Of a stretch of 64,000 bases of DNA, positions 27,163 to 44,174 are shown one piece after another. The position numbers and the translations under genes were made by a program. The notes beneath the pieces are model-generated. The model searched no databases and was not told where the DNA came from. It saw only the letters and a program-made list of their open reading frames with translations. Every line of letters starts with the position of its first letter. Position 1 is the first letter of the stretch. The stretch is from Zygnema circumcarinatum SAG 698-1b (Eukaryota > Plantae > Zygnematophyceae): assembly GCA_037447605.1 (NCBI GenBank), contig CM074809.1, positions 3,648,689 to 3,712,688 on the forward strand. The letters run 5' to 3'.

Positions 27163-27455
27163 CTGTCCTTCCTCCTCTAAACCTAATCGCGGTCCTTCTA
27201 CCACCCTGCGCTCCAACACCAGCGAAAAACTGAAGCAATCCTCCAAGGAGTCCGTCCGCCTCCTCTCCTTGGACCCTAAAATCGTCTCGTTTCACCCGCG
27301 TTTCATCCTCCTACCACCTCCTCAACCCCAACCCCCCCCCCCCCCCTCCCTCCGCTTTTCCCGTCACTCCAACCCTAACCAGCCTCTTTCCCCTTCCAAC
27401 CCTAACCTCGTCCTTGTCTCATCCACTTCGCTGCAGCCACGTGGCCTCCCGTTCT

Positions 27456-27485
27456 CCTCTCTCCTTCCCTCTCCCTCTCCCTCTC

Positions 27486-27516
<31 letters not shown>

Positions 27517-27573
27517 CCCCCCCCTCTCTCTCTCTCTCCCTCTCCCTCTCCCTCTCCCTTCTCCCTCTCCCTC
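27456..27573 (+). repeat. (CCCTCT)n hexamer repeat in the EIN3 5' region
   Basis: Seen directly. Confidence 0.9.
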
Positions 27574-29357
27574 TGCAAGCCGCACAGCCACAGACCGGCC
27601 CGCGGCTGCTCCCGTCCAACCAAACGCTCCGTTCCATTCCTGTGGCCAGCGTCGCCCTCCGCCAGCTCCGCTAACGTCCGCCGTTCCGCCGAACGGTCCA
27701 CCAAACGGCGCCGTTCGGCGGAACCGACCCCGTCCCTTCCACGCTCGAAACAACAAAATTTCCGTCGCCCGCTTCTGCTTCGCTACTGCAGCCACTCGGG
27801 CAGGGATCAGAACAATTTTCGGGCTCGAGCCGGTCGCCGTTCCACGGAACGGCGAAAAGCGAAGGGACAGAAAAACGGGTCCGCAGGGCCGAGCGGATAT
27901 AAAGGGCCGCCACCACACGTCTGTTCCCGCTTTGCCCTGCTTCGCTTTGCTTTGCGGAGTTTGTGGGTCGGAGGGCCACGAGTGACGCTCATTCTGCTCG
28001 CGGCTGGACTGGACTGTGCTGTGCTGGTGCTGACGTACTGGGCAGGGCAGGGCTGCATTGGGGGGCTCTTGGGATTAGGGTTAGTGTTAGGATTGGAGGA
28101 TAAGGGTTAGAGGTGGTAGGGTTAGGGTTTGGATTAGGGGGGGTCGGGTTAGAGTTGCACGGTCCAGGCTGTTTGAGTTCAGTAATGGGTGAGCTATCCG
28201 GGGGGCATCGAAATTTTCGGCAGGGTTTAGGGTTGTTAGGGTTTGTCAATTTTAAGAAGAAACGTAGGAGTTTTGCTTAGGGAGTTGTTTAGAAACTACC
28301 ATAGTACTTTTTATTCTGCTGTTGTGAATTGTAACGCGGAAAACGCGCACTATTTTTTAAGGATGCTGTTCCCAGTGTACCAATTTTATTATTATTATTT
28401 TTTTTTACAATGTCCACATGCGCACACCATGGGCACAGGCACATGCCATGAACCCAAACGAAATACTTGCATACATACAGCAGATAAATGTGTCCTTGAA
28501 AGAATGGAAAGTACACTTTCAACATAGGAAATAAGTCCGGCATGCAGACTCTATGCTACACTGCAAAAAACCAAGGGGGAAAACGGAACAAGCTTACCAC
28601 ATTTTTCTTCTTCTTCTTTAATCTAAACGGCCTGCCGGGCTCTCTTTGCGCCCTCTCTCTCCCTCTCTCGCCCCCTCTCCCTCTCCCCTCTCCCACTCCC
28701 TCTCCCTCTTCTCTTCTCCCGCCTCCATCATACAACATGGACGTGCATCCAGCCCCTCTTACATGGGAGCTCCAGCGGCAGCCCCCCACCCCCTGCTGCC
28801 TCCCGCCCCCCTTTCCCCTTTTATTAAGCCAAGCCAAGCCGCATGCGGCAAACAATCAATTATGTACGCTGATGCATGCAGGTTTGATGTGGGGCCCTCC
28901 ATCTACGCAGCCACTGGCAAGCCGCCACCTGTCCTCCACTCAGGGCTCAGATTCCTCCAGGCCCTCGCCGTCTCCACCCTTGGAAGTAAGTCGGGCCCAG
29001 TCGAACATACGCCATGTGTCATGTCATACCATGCGACGTGTTCGACCATAATATGATGACCCTTCCCATAGTGGAATCACAGTCACCCTCACAGGCCAAG
29101 ACGAAAACTTCCCCTAATATGATAAAGAAGTAACCCGTCGTATACCATCGGCGAACAACTCCAAGCTGACGGGTGGGTAGTTCTCCTGCACGCACTGACT
29201 CCCTGTCCTGCCCTCGCTGCTAACGGAACAGGATTTGGGCAGCACTGAATCCCCACAAGGAGACGGAAATTCTGCACTCGAGAGCCACGGGTAGCTGCAG
29301 TAAAGCTCTCCCTCCCCTCTGCCTCTCCCCTCCCCCTTCCTCCATTTGAGCCCCCCC

Positions 29358-34317
<4,960 letters not shown>

Positions 34318-36382
34318 TGTTGATACACCACCTCGGCCGTCACCAGACCTCGGCCTATACATAAATACGGACATTCAGATTCTGAAGAGTCCTCCAACAA
34401 ACCTAATCAGGAAGACACAAACTGTCGCCAATACCTTCATCCAAAGAAGAGTAAAATATTTCTGTTCAGCCTTCAGCCCTACGCATTCAAGAAGCAATCT
34501 TCCATCAGAAATCAACACCAGTAAAAATGCTACACCAGGAAACGTAAGTCTCCCACTTCCTATCGGCAACTGTGTGATACTCCAAAAACCAACAGAGCTC
34601 TTAGCCACACGAAGTTTCAATACAAAGCGTGTGGCCTTCACCTTTCTCCGAAATCCCCCTTCAGATATCCTTTCGCCCAGTCTAAGCTCCCCTCTGTCTG
34701 TCCCTCCAAGCCTCCTCTCCTTCCTACCTACTATCTTCGTAACCCTAGATGCTCTCTCCCGCACAATAAGCTCCCAAAGCACGATGTCCTTCGCAGCAAA
34801 TCCATCCATGTGCCGCCGTCCACATTTCCAACCCTTCTCAATTCCCTTCCAATAACCTCCCACCGCGAATCCTGGAACCCCTATTCCCTTCCTCTACATC
34901 CAGATCTCATCCCCACATGCCATCCACATGTTTCGCCTCTCAAGCCCAGCCGCGTCAGCCATGGCTGCCTCTTCCCCCCCTACCTCCCTCCTCCCTCCTC
35001 CCTCCTCCCTCCTCCCTCCTCCCTCCTCCCTCTCGCTCCCGCCAACGGCTTTCCGCCCCACTCGTTAGGGCGAACCGGCTCCTTCCAAACCGTTTCAGTA
35101 ACGCTTTCCGTCGCTGTTCCGGTTCCGGTCGCGCCGTTCTCCAACCGCTTTCGGTTCCGCCGGTCCCCGCCCCCGCCTGTCCGTACGCCCAACGTCGTAG
35201 TTCGTACGGCATTCGTACGTCTCGCCGGCGTACGGCTCCGTTTGGTGAAGCCGAAGCGGGCGTGACGTGACGCGCCGGCGGGCGGCCCCGCCCGGGCCCT
35301 GTCAGGGCCCGCCCGCAGATCGCCACGAGGATCCCAAAAAATTCGATTTTCCGGGGCGGATTTCTGGATCGATCCGGGCCAGGAAGAAAATGAGAAAACT
35401 GAATTAAACAAATGGGGTTTAAGGGGATAAAATTGGTGTTTCGGATTTTGGAAGGGCCTTGAGCGGAGTTTGTCGGCAGCCTTTTGCCACGCGGGCGGCG
35501 AAGAAAATAGGGCTGGCGGGCAGACGGTCGGCCAATCATATAGCGCCACGTATGAACGGGCAGGTTGTCGCTTTGTGGCGAGGCGACGGGGCGGCGGCCG
35601 TATGGATCGATCCGATGCGTTATGACTTCAGAACACGTGGCGGCATCTGGTACGGCCGCAAAAGTCCTTGCCCTTATGAACGCGTGGTTTCGATAATTGC
35701 TCTTAATTCAGGTTGTAATCCAGGTTTCTGGTTTCTGATGACGTCATTTTTTGTGGATTGAACGCGACTTCGGTAAGGGGGTGTAGGCAGCAAACGTCAC
35801 AAGGCTAGCTTATGATGTGTGATGATGTCATGCCAAGCTCCCAACCCAATCAGAAACGTCCGCGCCTCGCGCCTCGCGCCCCGCGACGTTTGTGGGGATG
35901 GCAACATCCAGGGGTAGGTGACTCCGCCAGCTGGCGATGGGCCAATCAAGGCTTGCCAGGTGTTAAATGGACCAATCAGGGATTGCCACGTGGTCCATCG
36001 TCTTATGTGGAACATTCTGATTGGTTCAAGACTTCTCAGCCAAGGCCCGAAGCCATCAGTCTAGCCAAGTCTAGTAATGACTGAAATGGGCCCATGAGCA
36101 TACGCGATGGGACATTCCACATGGGCCCAAGCGTCCAAGCAGGGTCCAAGAACAATGTGGGGGCATGCACGCATGCATGGCATGCGCGCAACAACAACAA
36201 CTCACAATCAATTACCATCATGTCCAATGCGATGTCTTCCACATGGAAGGCAACAACATGAATGAACCCAAGGAGCAATGCACGCACACAAGCGTCAGTG
36301 GAGCGCACCTTTCATACTATGTACAGTTAGTTGTTAAAATCAAAAATTGAAGGAAAGAATTAAGGAAATGTTCGTCCGTCCT

Positions 36383-36833
36383 CTACTCAGCCTCCTCCGC
36401 CCCGCTGGACACAAGCCCCCCCAAGAAGTTCTGGAAGTAGCCTTGCGGCTCTGTGACAAAGCACGAAATGATGTCCCGCAGGGTCACGACCCCCACCAGT
36501 CTCTCCCCCTCGTCCACCACGTGTATTCGGTGAATGTGCTTCTCCGTCAGTCTCTCCATCACCTCCACCAGCCGCGTCTCCCTCCTGCAAACCACGGGGG
36601 GCCGCAGCAGAGGAGGGGGGCCTTGCGACACCAAGCTCGTCACGGTTGTCACAAACTGCCTCACAGTCAGCTCCCTGCCATGCACGATGAACAGAATCAA
36701 AACCCTCTTCTGGGAGCAGGGTTTTTGCTACACTCTTCTGAGACTTGTTACCCACATTACTTACTACTCATGCCAGCTTAACTCTTCCCTTGAAAAAGAA
36801 AGGGGATTGGAAAGCCATGTTTCACTCCATGAC

Positions 36834-36868
<35 letters not shown>

Positions 36869-39100
36869 TCATGAAGGAAGTAAGTCAGCCGTCGCACCTC
36901 CGTCGATTGAAGAGGTCCGGATGCAGCAGCAAGTAGCGCACGTCCCGCACACTCACGTTGGCATAGAGTTTGCGCTCACTGCCCTCCACCACCGGCAGTC
37001 CTCCGACGTCGTTTTGACGCATCAACATGAAGGCTTCCAAAATGACATGATCAGCATCAACCGCCACCACCTGGTCAACACCAAAGATCGACAGCAATGA
37101 GATGGAGGCATCAAACACACCGGACAGAGACTTTCGAAACAGAAAAAACGAGACAGTTCGGGCCAGCCTATAGTGTGCACTTACAACAGACAAAAAAAAA
37201 AGAAAAAAAAGGGAAAATGTTGCCGAAGATTCATTTGCATGCAAGCAAGCAGTAACAACAAACAACAACCCGTCAGCAGATTCCTGATCCCCTCCTCGTT
37301 TTCTCTTCCCTGTAAACCATCCCGCAGGTTAAAACTGTTGAGAACGGGCAGAAAGCAGAACGGCGGTCCTACCTGGTCAGGTGCCATCAACGGCAGTCCC
37401 AATTGGCTGAGAGTCCTCTGAGAGATGTTGTCGAACCAATCAAAGCCTTTGCATTGTGCCAACCCTCTGAGCACCGCTGACTGCGTAATGAGATTGGTAA
37501 CACGCGTCTCGCCCAAACCGACAACCGGAACACTTCGCAGTCGGAACTTACTGAGCAGCAGCAGCACTGTGAGCATGCTGTCGTCAGGGCGAATCGCGAG
37601 AAAGGGAGCCCATCGATAGGACCGGGTGATATCTGCCACCTGTTGGTAACATCAAATCCTTTCCCCATAATTTGGCCAGGGAAGCGTGATATCAGATACA
37701 CAAGGCTTTTTTTGAACCAGTAACTTGCCTGAAACTTCTTCAAGCATATGCAAGCTATGCCAACATCATCGTAAGGAACAGCAAGATTCAAAACTCCTAT
37801 TCGTGTGGGGGATCAGCCAGCCCAAGTCCTACCTTGATGGACTTGAAGGGCTCCTCCTGCAGCAAGATTTTGTAAAAGTCATCTCCCAGAGCATCCGCTG
37901 CTGACTGCGCATCCACCCCCATGCCTCGGTCCACAGCCACTCCCCCCACCACAGCCGCTCCAATGGCTGCCGCAGTAAGGCCTGCTATCGCGACTTGCCC
38001 TGTAAGGCCCATGGCTATGGCGCCCATGGCCCCTAAAGCACCAGCTCCAACACCAGTAGCAGCTGCAGTGCCTGTGACCGAGTCACAGAAGCTGCAGTTA
38101 GGAAGTCTGAGACTCTGCTTCTGCTTTTCCCTCGGAAAGAGTTCCGACGTTTTCTCTTTGTTACCTAGTTTGGGCTGGGAAACCACGACAGACCGAGAGG
38201 GTTGAGGTGGAAAGTGTTGTGTAGTGTTGTGTCCTCACCTGCAACGACAGCAGCGGTTGCAAGTTCGGCCTGCTCCAGCACCCAAAGGACTATGGCCGGA
38301 AAGTCGACCATTCCCAGATAGAGTTCGGTCCAGCTGGCAGCATCTGATTTGCTGGAATCTCGCACAGGTGCAGACAGCACCTCATTGCGAGAAAGTATGC
38401 GCACTGCTTCTAATATGGTGGCGTCCGATGATATTTCCACAACTGCCATTCAAAGTTCAAGAGATGTTGCTGGTCAGGTCAGCAGCTTTCGCAAATTTCA
38501 GAATGAAGTCTGGGAAAGATTGCCGAATGCGGATGCGTAAAAAAATCTACAGCTGTGTGTGCTTTAGGCAGGATCACGCGATACAGAAAAAGTCCAGATC
38601 AACACTGGAATGTATATAGAGAGCGAGAGATACTGCAGTCATGGAATAAAAGCTCCTAATCGATACGCTTGATCAGGCAACAAATTGAACTTCATTAGGC
38701 TGAAACTGCTGCAACTTCAAAAGCAAAAGTACCAGGAACCAGTCAGGAAAATGAAAATTAAGATTTAAATGCAAAATGGACAGTAAATAAACGAAGGATC
38801 AATGAAAGAATAACCACAATAATGGGTCTGAGAAATTCATGCTAAGCAAATCATCGAAACTTTATTAATACATACGCACAGACACTCCATTTTTTTTTTC
38901 CCAATGAACGATTAAATTCTACTCTGTTTAGAGTCCGCTGTAAGGAGTTATTCCTCACTTTCGCCCGAGGGAGGAGAAGGAAAGCTGGAGGCCGGGATTT
39001 CCGAAAAGGCTTTATTCAGCAAATTCTGCAGTTCCGGCGAGACGCCTCTCCGCCTGCTTCCGGCTGCAGCGGTGAGCAGGGCCTCCGCCTCGTCCGCCAT
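36383..39100 (-). CDS. SNF1-related kinase regulatory subunit gamma-1-like (CBS-domain protein), 6 exons
   Basis: AFSEIPASSFP...EISSDATILEAVRILS...LSAPVRD...YLGMVDF, Ala/Gly-rich hydrophobic insert, SYRWAPFL...MLTVLLLLSKFRLRSVPV, IHRIHVV...VGVVTLRDIISCFVTEP. Confidence 0.92.
36834..36868 (+). repeat. (GA)n microsatellite in a SnRK1-gamma intron
   Basis: Seen directly. Confidence 0.9.
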
Positions 39101-39219
39101 GAGAGACTCCCTCAAGCCTCACCCCACTCCTTAATCAATGAAAAACCACCGAGAATGCGAGAAAGCGAGAGAAAGCAGCTGCCTGATATCCTTGGCAGAC
39201 CCGTTGGCTTTCCCTCCTC

Positions 39220-39510
39220 AGCTCTCCCTCCCTCTCTCCCTCCTCCCTCCCTCCCTCCCTCCCTCCCTCCCTCCCTCCCTCCTCCCTCCTTCCTCCTTCC
39301 TCCCTCCCTCTCTCCCTCCTCCCTCCTNNNNNNNNNNCTCCCTCTCTCCCTCCTCCCTCCTCTCCCTCCCTCCCTCCTCCCTCCTCTCCCTCCCTCCTCT
39401 CCCTCCCTCCCTCCCTCCTCCCTCCTCCCTCCTCCCTCCTCCCTCCTCCCTCCCACTCGCTCTCCCAGTCTCCCTCTCTCCCTCCCTGACTCCCCCTTTC
39501 CCTCTCCCTC
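39220..39510 (+). repeat. C/T-only low-complexity repeat, (CCCT)n/(CCTCCCT)n, containing a 10-N gap at 39328-39337
   Basis: Seen directly; the same heptamer occurs at ~34985-35030. Confidence 0.92.
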
Positions 39511-39552
39511 ACTCCTTCCCTACGGAGGGTGCCAGCTCAGAAAAGTTCGTCC

Positions 39553-39800
39553 GACGTGGCAGTCTGTCGTTCGGCGTGGCAGCAGCTCCAAACGAACACA
39601 TGCGCCAGTTGCGTTTCACGTAACCGTTTAACGACGACGCTTGACGTTCAGTATGTAACATGGAACGGAGCAGGTTCCATGGAACCTTGGAGGCAGCCGC
39701 CAGCCAAACTCTGGGAGCGGGGATGGAGGCTGACCGAGAAGACGCCACGTGGCGAGCGGAAAGCGCGGCACGCGGCGAGCGGAGAGCGCGGCACGTGGCG
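39553..39800. promoter_or_regulatory. Short bidirectional promoter between the SnRK1-gamma and CFIm68 genes
   Basis: Head-to-head ATGs about 730 bp apart; ACGTGGC elements at ~39554, 39747, 39793; TGGAACGG at 39661. Confidence 0.5.
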
Positions 39801-39826
39801 AGCGGAGACCGCGCCTAGTGGCAGGC

Positions 39827-42019
39827 ATGCGGGGGGCGGAGGAGGAGCTCGACTACGAGGACGATGAGGTGCAGTTGGGAATGGGGGTGGGAGGGGGACG
39901 GGGAGGGGGAGGCGGAGGGGGAGGCGGAGGGGGAGGAGGCGGCTATGGCGTGGACGACGAGGACGACGTGGATCTCTATGATGACGTGCAGCTGCCGGAG
40001 GTGACACGTGGCGTGGAATTAAGGCAGCAGCAGAAGCAGCGGCTGGAGCAGGGGGCGCCTGCGGATTTGGGGAGGGTGGGAGAGGGAGAAGGAGAGCGAG
40101 AGGGAGTGGAAGAGGGGGAGGGGGAGGGGGAGGGGGAGGAGGATGGTGCGACGTCGGTGGATAGGGGGAGGAGGGTTGAAGAGGAGGGTGAAGGGGGAGG
40201 TCCTCGAGAGGGCCTCGGCAATGGTGTGCTGAAGGCGGAGGAGCAGGAGGATAGGAGGCGGCAAGGAGGACAGGCGGCAGGAAAGGAGGAAGGGAAACCT
40301 AGCGTGCAACATTCGGAAGAGAGAGGAGGCGGGGAGAGGGGGAGTGTTCAAGCTTCGGAGCGGGTTGCTGGAGGAGCGACAGCTGGCTCCGGAGCGGCTG
40401 CAGCTAACGAATATCTTGCAAGACATGGAGGCGAGCAGGGAGGGGGGAAGGGGAGCGGTGGTGGAGCTACGGAAGGCAGCACAGTTTTCATCGGAGAGTT
40501 GCAATGGTGGACCACGGATGCGGAGCTGGAGGCAGTGTTGTTGGAATACGGGAAGGTTAAGGAGCTCAAGTTTTTTGAGGAGAAGGCGAGTGGGAAGTCG
40601 AAGGGTTATTGCCAAGTGAGTGCACAGAGAAATTTGGAATTTGCGCAATGATAGAAATGGAGCGTTTCGTGTTGCTCTTTGGGTTTGATCCTTCATTGCC
40701 ATTACCTGAATTTCACCAAGGTTAGGATTGAATAATGGCGAAAAGAAAAATTTTGTCAAGCATCTGTTCTATTCCCGTACTTCTTAGTAGTTGCATTTGG
40801 GCTTGAAGACACCTTTTCTTTCTATCAAATTCATTCCGTAGGTTTGAATTTGGTCTATCAATAGTGACTGCTATTCCTCACACACACACACGTCTTACGT
40901 GGGCATATTGATAAGGCATAGGGTACAGGCCATATCACTTTGTACGCGGGCCATGACATACGTATGTTATATAGGCATATTCAGTCATTAGTTGGTCTTC
41001 TTGGTCATCCTGAGGGACAACAATGTTAGAAAAGTAAAATTGACATTCTGTGCACGATGGCGTCGTCATTTGGTATGGTTGTGTATCGGATTTGAGGCAG
41101 CACATTTGTGAAGAGCGGCCGGTAAATCAGTTATAAGCAGAAAATAGGAAAGGCCGATAGAATGGATGGATGGCACGGTGGGGTGTACAGCACGTCTGAA
41201 GTCACGTAAGCCATGTTCTTAACATGAGGTGTTCTTTACGAACAGGTGGAGTTTCATGACCCAGCAGCTGCACGAGCCTGCAAAGAAAAGATGGGGGGAC
41301 ACATTTTCAACGGAAGAGCATGTGTAGTAGCTTTTGCTTCCAATCAAACAATCCGGCAAGCAATGATGGATAAGAACATGGGAGCACAACACTGGAGAGG
41401 CTCCGGTGCGCCTCCCAGAGGAGGCAGGGGACCTGAAGGTATGAACCCTGGAGGAGGCGGTCCCATGGTGCAGGGCGGTGCTCAGCAAGGAGGAAGGGGA
41501 TATGGAAAGGTACCCATGGGTGGAGGTATGGCTCCGGGTGCGGGAGGACGCATGGGGCCAAATGGACCTGGGGGGAGGGCCGGCGGTGAGCCCATGGCCC
41601 GAGCAAGAGGAGTTAGGGGCCGCAATGCCATGGGAGGGCCGTACCCTCCTGGTCCGGGTATGGGGGGTCCAGGGGGTCCCCCCGGTATGATGGGGGGAGG
41701 AGGTTTTGAACCACCCTTTGGCCCTATGGGAGGGAGAGGCGGCTATGGGATGGGACCGGGCCCAGGAGGAGGGTATCCGCCTCGAGGAGGTCCTTTTCCG
41801 GGGATGGGGCCAGGAATGGGTGGTCCTCCATTTCCTGGAATGGGACAGGGTTTACCGGGTGTAGCGCCACATATCAATCCTGCTTTCTTTGGAAGAGGGG
41901 CCAATGGAGTGGGGCCTCGGGGGGGGTTGGGTCAGAGTGGGGGGATGGATGGAGCCCCGGGAGGATGGGATGGACCAAGCGGGGGTGGGCCCATGTGGGG
42001 AGATGAGATGGGAGGGTGA
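39827..42019 (+). CDS. CFIm68/CPSF6-like RRM protein, 2 exons (39827-40615, 41246-42019)
   Basis: EEELDYEDDE...DDVDLYDDV N-terminus; RRM VFIGELQWWTTDAELE...KFFEEKASGKSKGYCQ/VEFHD...FNGRACVVAFA; Gly/Pro-rich region with VAPHINPAFFGRG. Confidence 0.88.
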
Positions 42020-43032
42020 GAAGAGGGAGGGGCGGGAAGGAGAGAGAAGAAGGTTGATGGGAGAGGGTGGGTTCGGGAGCGATAATAGGAAGCAGCGGAA
42101 AGTGGGGACAGGACGAGTTTGCGAGCGCATGCGGTTTGTTAAGAATGGCATGATTCTTTCGCGTTCTTTCCCACTTGTGAATAAGTTGCGGGGTGAATTC
42201 TTTTGTAAGGTGAGCGATAACGTGCTTTTTTGTGAGTGTTTCGAAAAGTATAGGTGGAAACGAATGCGTTTTTTACCATGCATAGTCAACAGTTAACCAT
42301 GCGCGAGTAGGTAGTTCCTGAACAGATGAAAAGAGGGGGGGCTTCGAGAAATGTTAGAATATATGTAGACGATGGACCAAAATCTTCTTTCCAAGAACAG
42401 ATGCTTTCTGTTCCTTCTTGAGGTCAGTTAAATAGTAAACAATGATGATGTTTGGAAGGCCGAAACTCAAAACCGTGGCACTTTTGGGTGCTTTTGGCTG
42501 TTATATGTTCTAGCCATTTTCGCAATGTTTTTTGTAGATTTCGTGTTGGAGCTCATTTTGGATACAGGCACGCGGTGACAAGTCACCCAAGCTCTCGCAG
42601 AAACCATCAACAAACTTTTCGTCGAGTTTTGTCTGTTGAAAAAACCATCGCAAGGGAGCTTGCACTTTGTCGACACATTACATGTTGAAGCTAGTTAGGC
42701 ACCTAAGCAACAACTCGGAGCAGCTTCAGACACCACACTGGTAACAGAGTTAATAATGTACGTTGCAGCAATCTCACGAGAAAAAAAAGGTGAATCAAAG
42801 ACAGTTTTTACAAACAGTCATCAAAAGTAACCGCATTGCAAAACCATGCATTTATTGTGCCGTTACAGTTTATCGCAATGTTTTATGTGCACCGTAAAAG
42901 GTCGTGCAACTTAAAAGCCTTCAACTTTCAACCTATTAACATTGACGTCAATGCGCCCTGACACTAAAGAACCAGCTATCATACAAGCTCCAAATAGAAC
43001 GCTCCAAACATATTGCTCTTTACTCCCAAGAG

Positions 43033-43787
43033 TTACAAGTTGGTGTTCATCTGGGCGTGCTCCTTCTGAAGGTGCTGACCCTGCTTCTCTGCCATGGCCC
43101 CGGTTTTGGCACTGGCAATATCACTGTCCCTCGCAGCAGTTGCGGATGACTTGTGAGCAGCCTCCTTGGCATCGGCCTGGTCGTGAGCCTGCTTGCTCAT
43201 GGGATGCTTGGCCTTGTCCATGGTTTCCTGCAGAACAGACCACCACGCACACTTTAGAGATTTTTTTGCACCTGCTGCATGTGTGCCAGGAAGCAACCCC
43301 CGCCTCCCGACATGGGAACTCACCTCCCCACAATATCTAAAAAATGTGTAAGATGACGTATGGTTTGGAGCAAAAACGACACAGACAAAAGCCTAGACTG
43401 TAATGTGACGAAACATCATCAGGACTGGTTCCATTCCATCACAAACTAGTTTGAGACAGTTCAAGATCGAAAACCATGTTGCGATTGGACAGACTTTGTT
43501 TCAATGTTCCAGGCGTTTGCGAGTTTACGACAACACTGACCTGCGCCTCAGCCTTTCCGTGCTCCTTCTTTTCGCCCATGTGAGCCTTCACGTCGTGCAC
43601 CTGCAAACATGCACAAGCGAGGAGGTTCGGCAGGGTCGGCCATAGTGTAAAACTCCCAAGCACACAATCAAACGCACATTTCATCGAGACCAATAGCAAC
43701 CACAATAGAGCCAATAGTGCGATGATGTCGAACCTTCTCCTTCATGGTAGTTCCTGTCTGCGCCATCTTCTCCTTGATCGTATTCAT
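43033..43787 (-). CDS. Late embryogenesis abundant protein, group 4 (LEA_1-like), 3 exons (43787-43734, 43600-43541, 43227-43033)
   Basis: Phase-0 GT-AG introns give MNTIKEKMAQTGTTMKEK/VHDVKAHMGEKKEHGKAEAQ/ETMDKAKHPMSKQAHDQADAKEAAHKS...: small, hydrophilic, A/K/E/H-rich, no W or C; ABRE cluster upstream. Confidence 0.75.
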
Positions 43788-44010
43788 CCTGTCTTCCTTC
43801 CTGCTTATATTGCAGTATCCCCACTGCAGGAAATGCAAGACAAACCTTAAAACTTAGCGTTGCAAAACTGTCTGTCAAATGTAGATATCGGAGCAGCTCC
43901 CAAAACCAAGGCTTCTGCAAGGCTCTTCAGCTCCTTTTAGTCCGCCTCTCACAGAGAACTCCTCAGTTTCGTGATGCACGACGGAGCGTTGTCCACGCAC
44001 CCCCTCGTGG

Positions 44011-44174
44011 CACGTGTCGGACGCAGAATGGCGCTTTGTCCACGTGGCGCCATAACCAGCTCCGTTACAGAGAGGCTGCCACGTGACGCTGCATGGTTGA
44101 CCTTCAGCGCTGCTACACGACGGGCTGACGTGTCCGCTCAAACGACACGCTTTCCAAAGCGACTGCCACGTGGC
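44011..44174. promoter_or_regulatory. Cluster of five ABRE/G-box elements upstream of the LEA gene
   Basis: CACGTGTC 44011, CACGTGGC 44041, GCCACGTG 44078, GACGTGTC 44127, GCCACGTGGC 44165. Confidence 0.7.

Noticed and set aside
34665-39193. ATATCCTT U12-type donor-like motifs at ~34665 and ~39186
   Set aside because: They are on the strand opposite the local genes, and no modelled intron requires U12 sites.
42017-42019. TGA in CFIm68 as selenocysteine or programmed readthrough
   Set aside because: No recognisable SECIS or readthrough context, and only 21 further codons follow.
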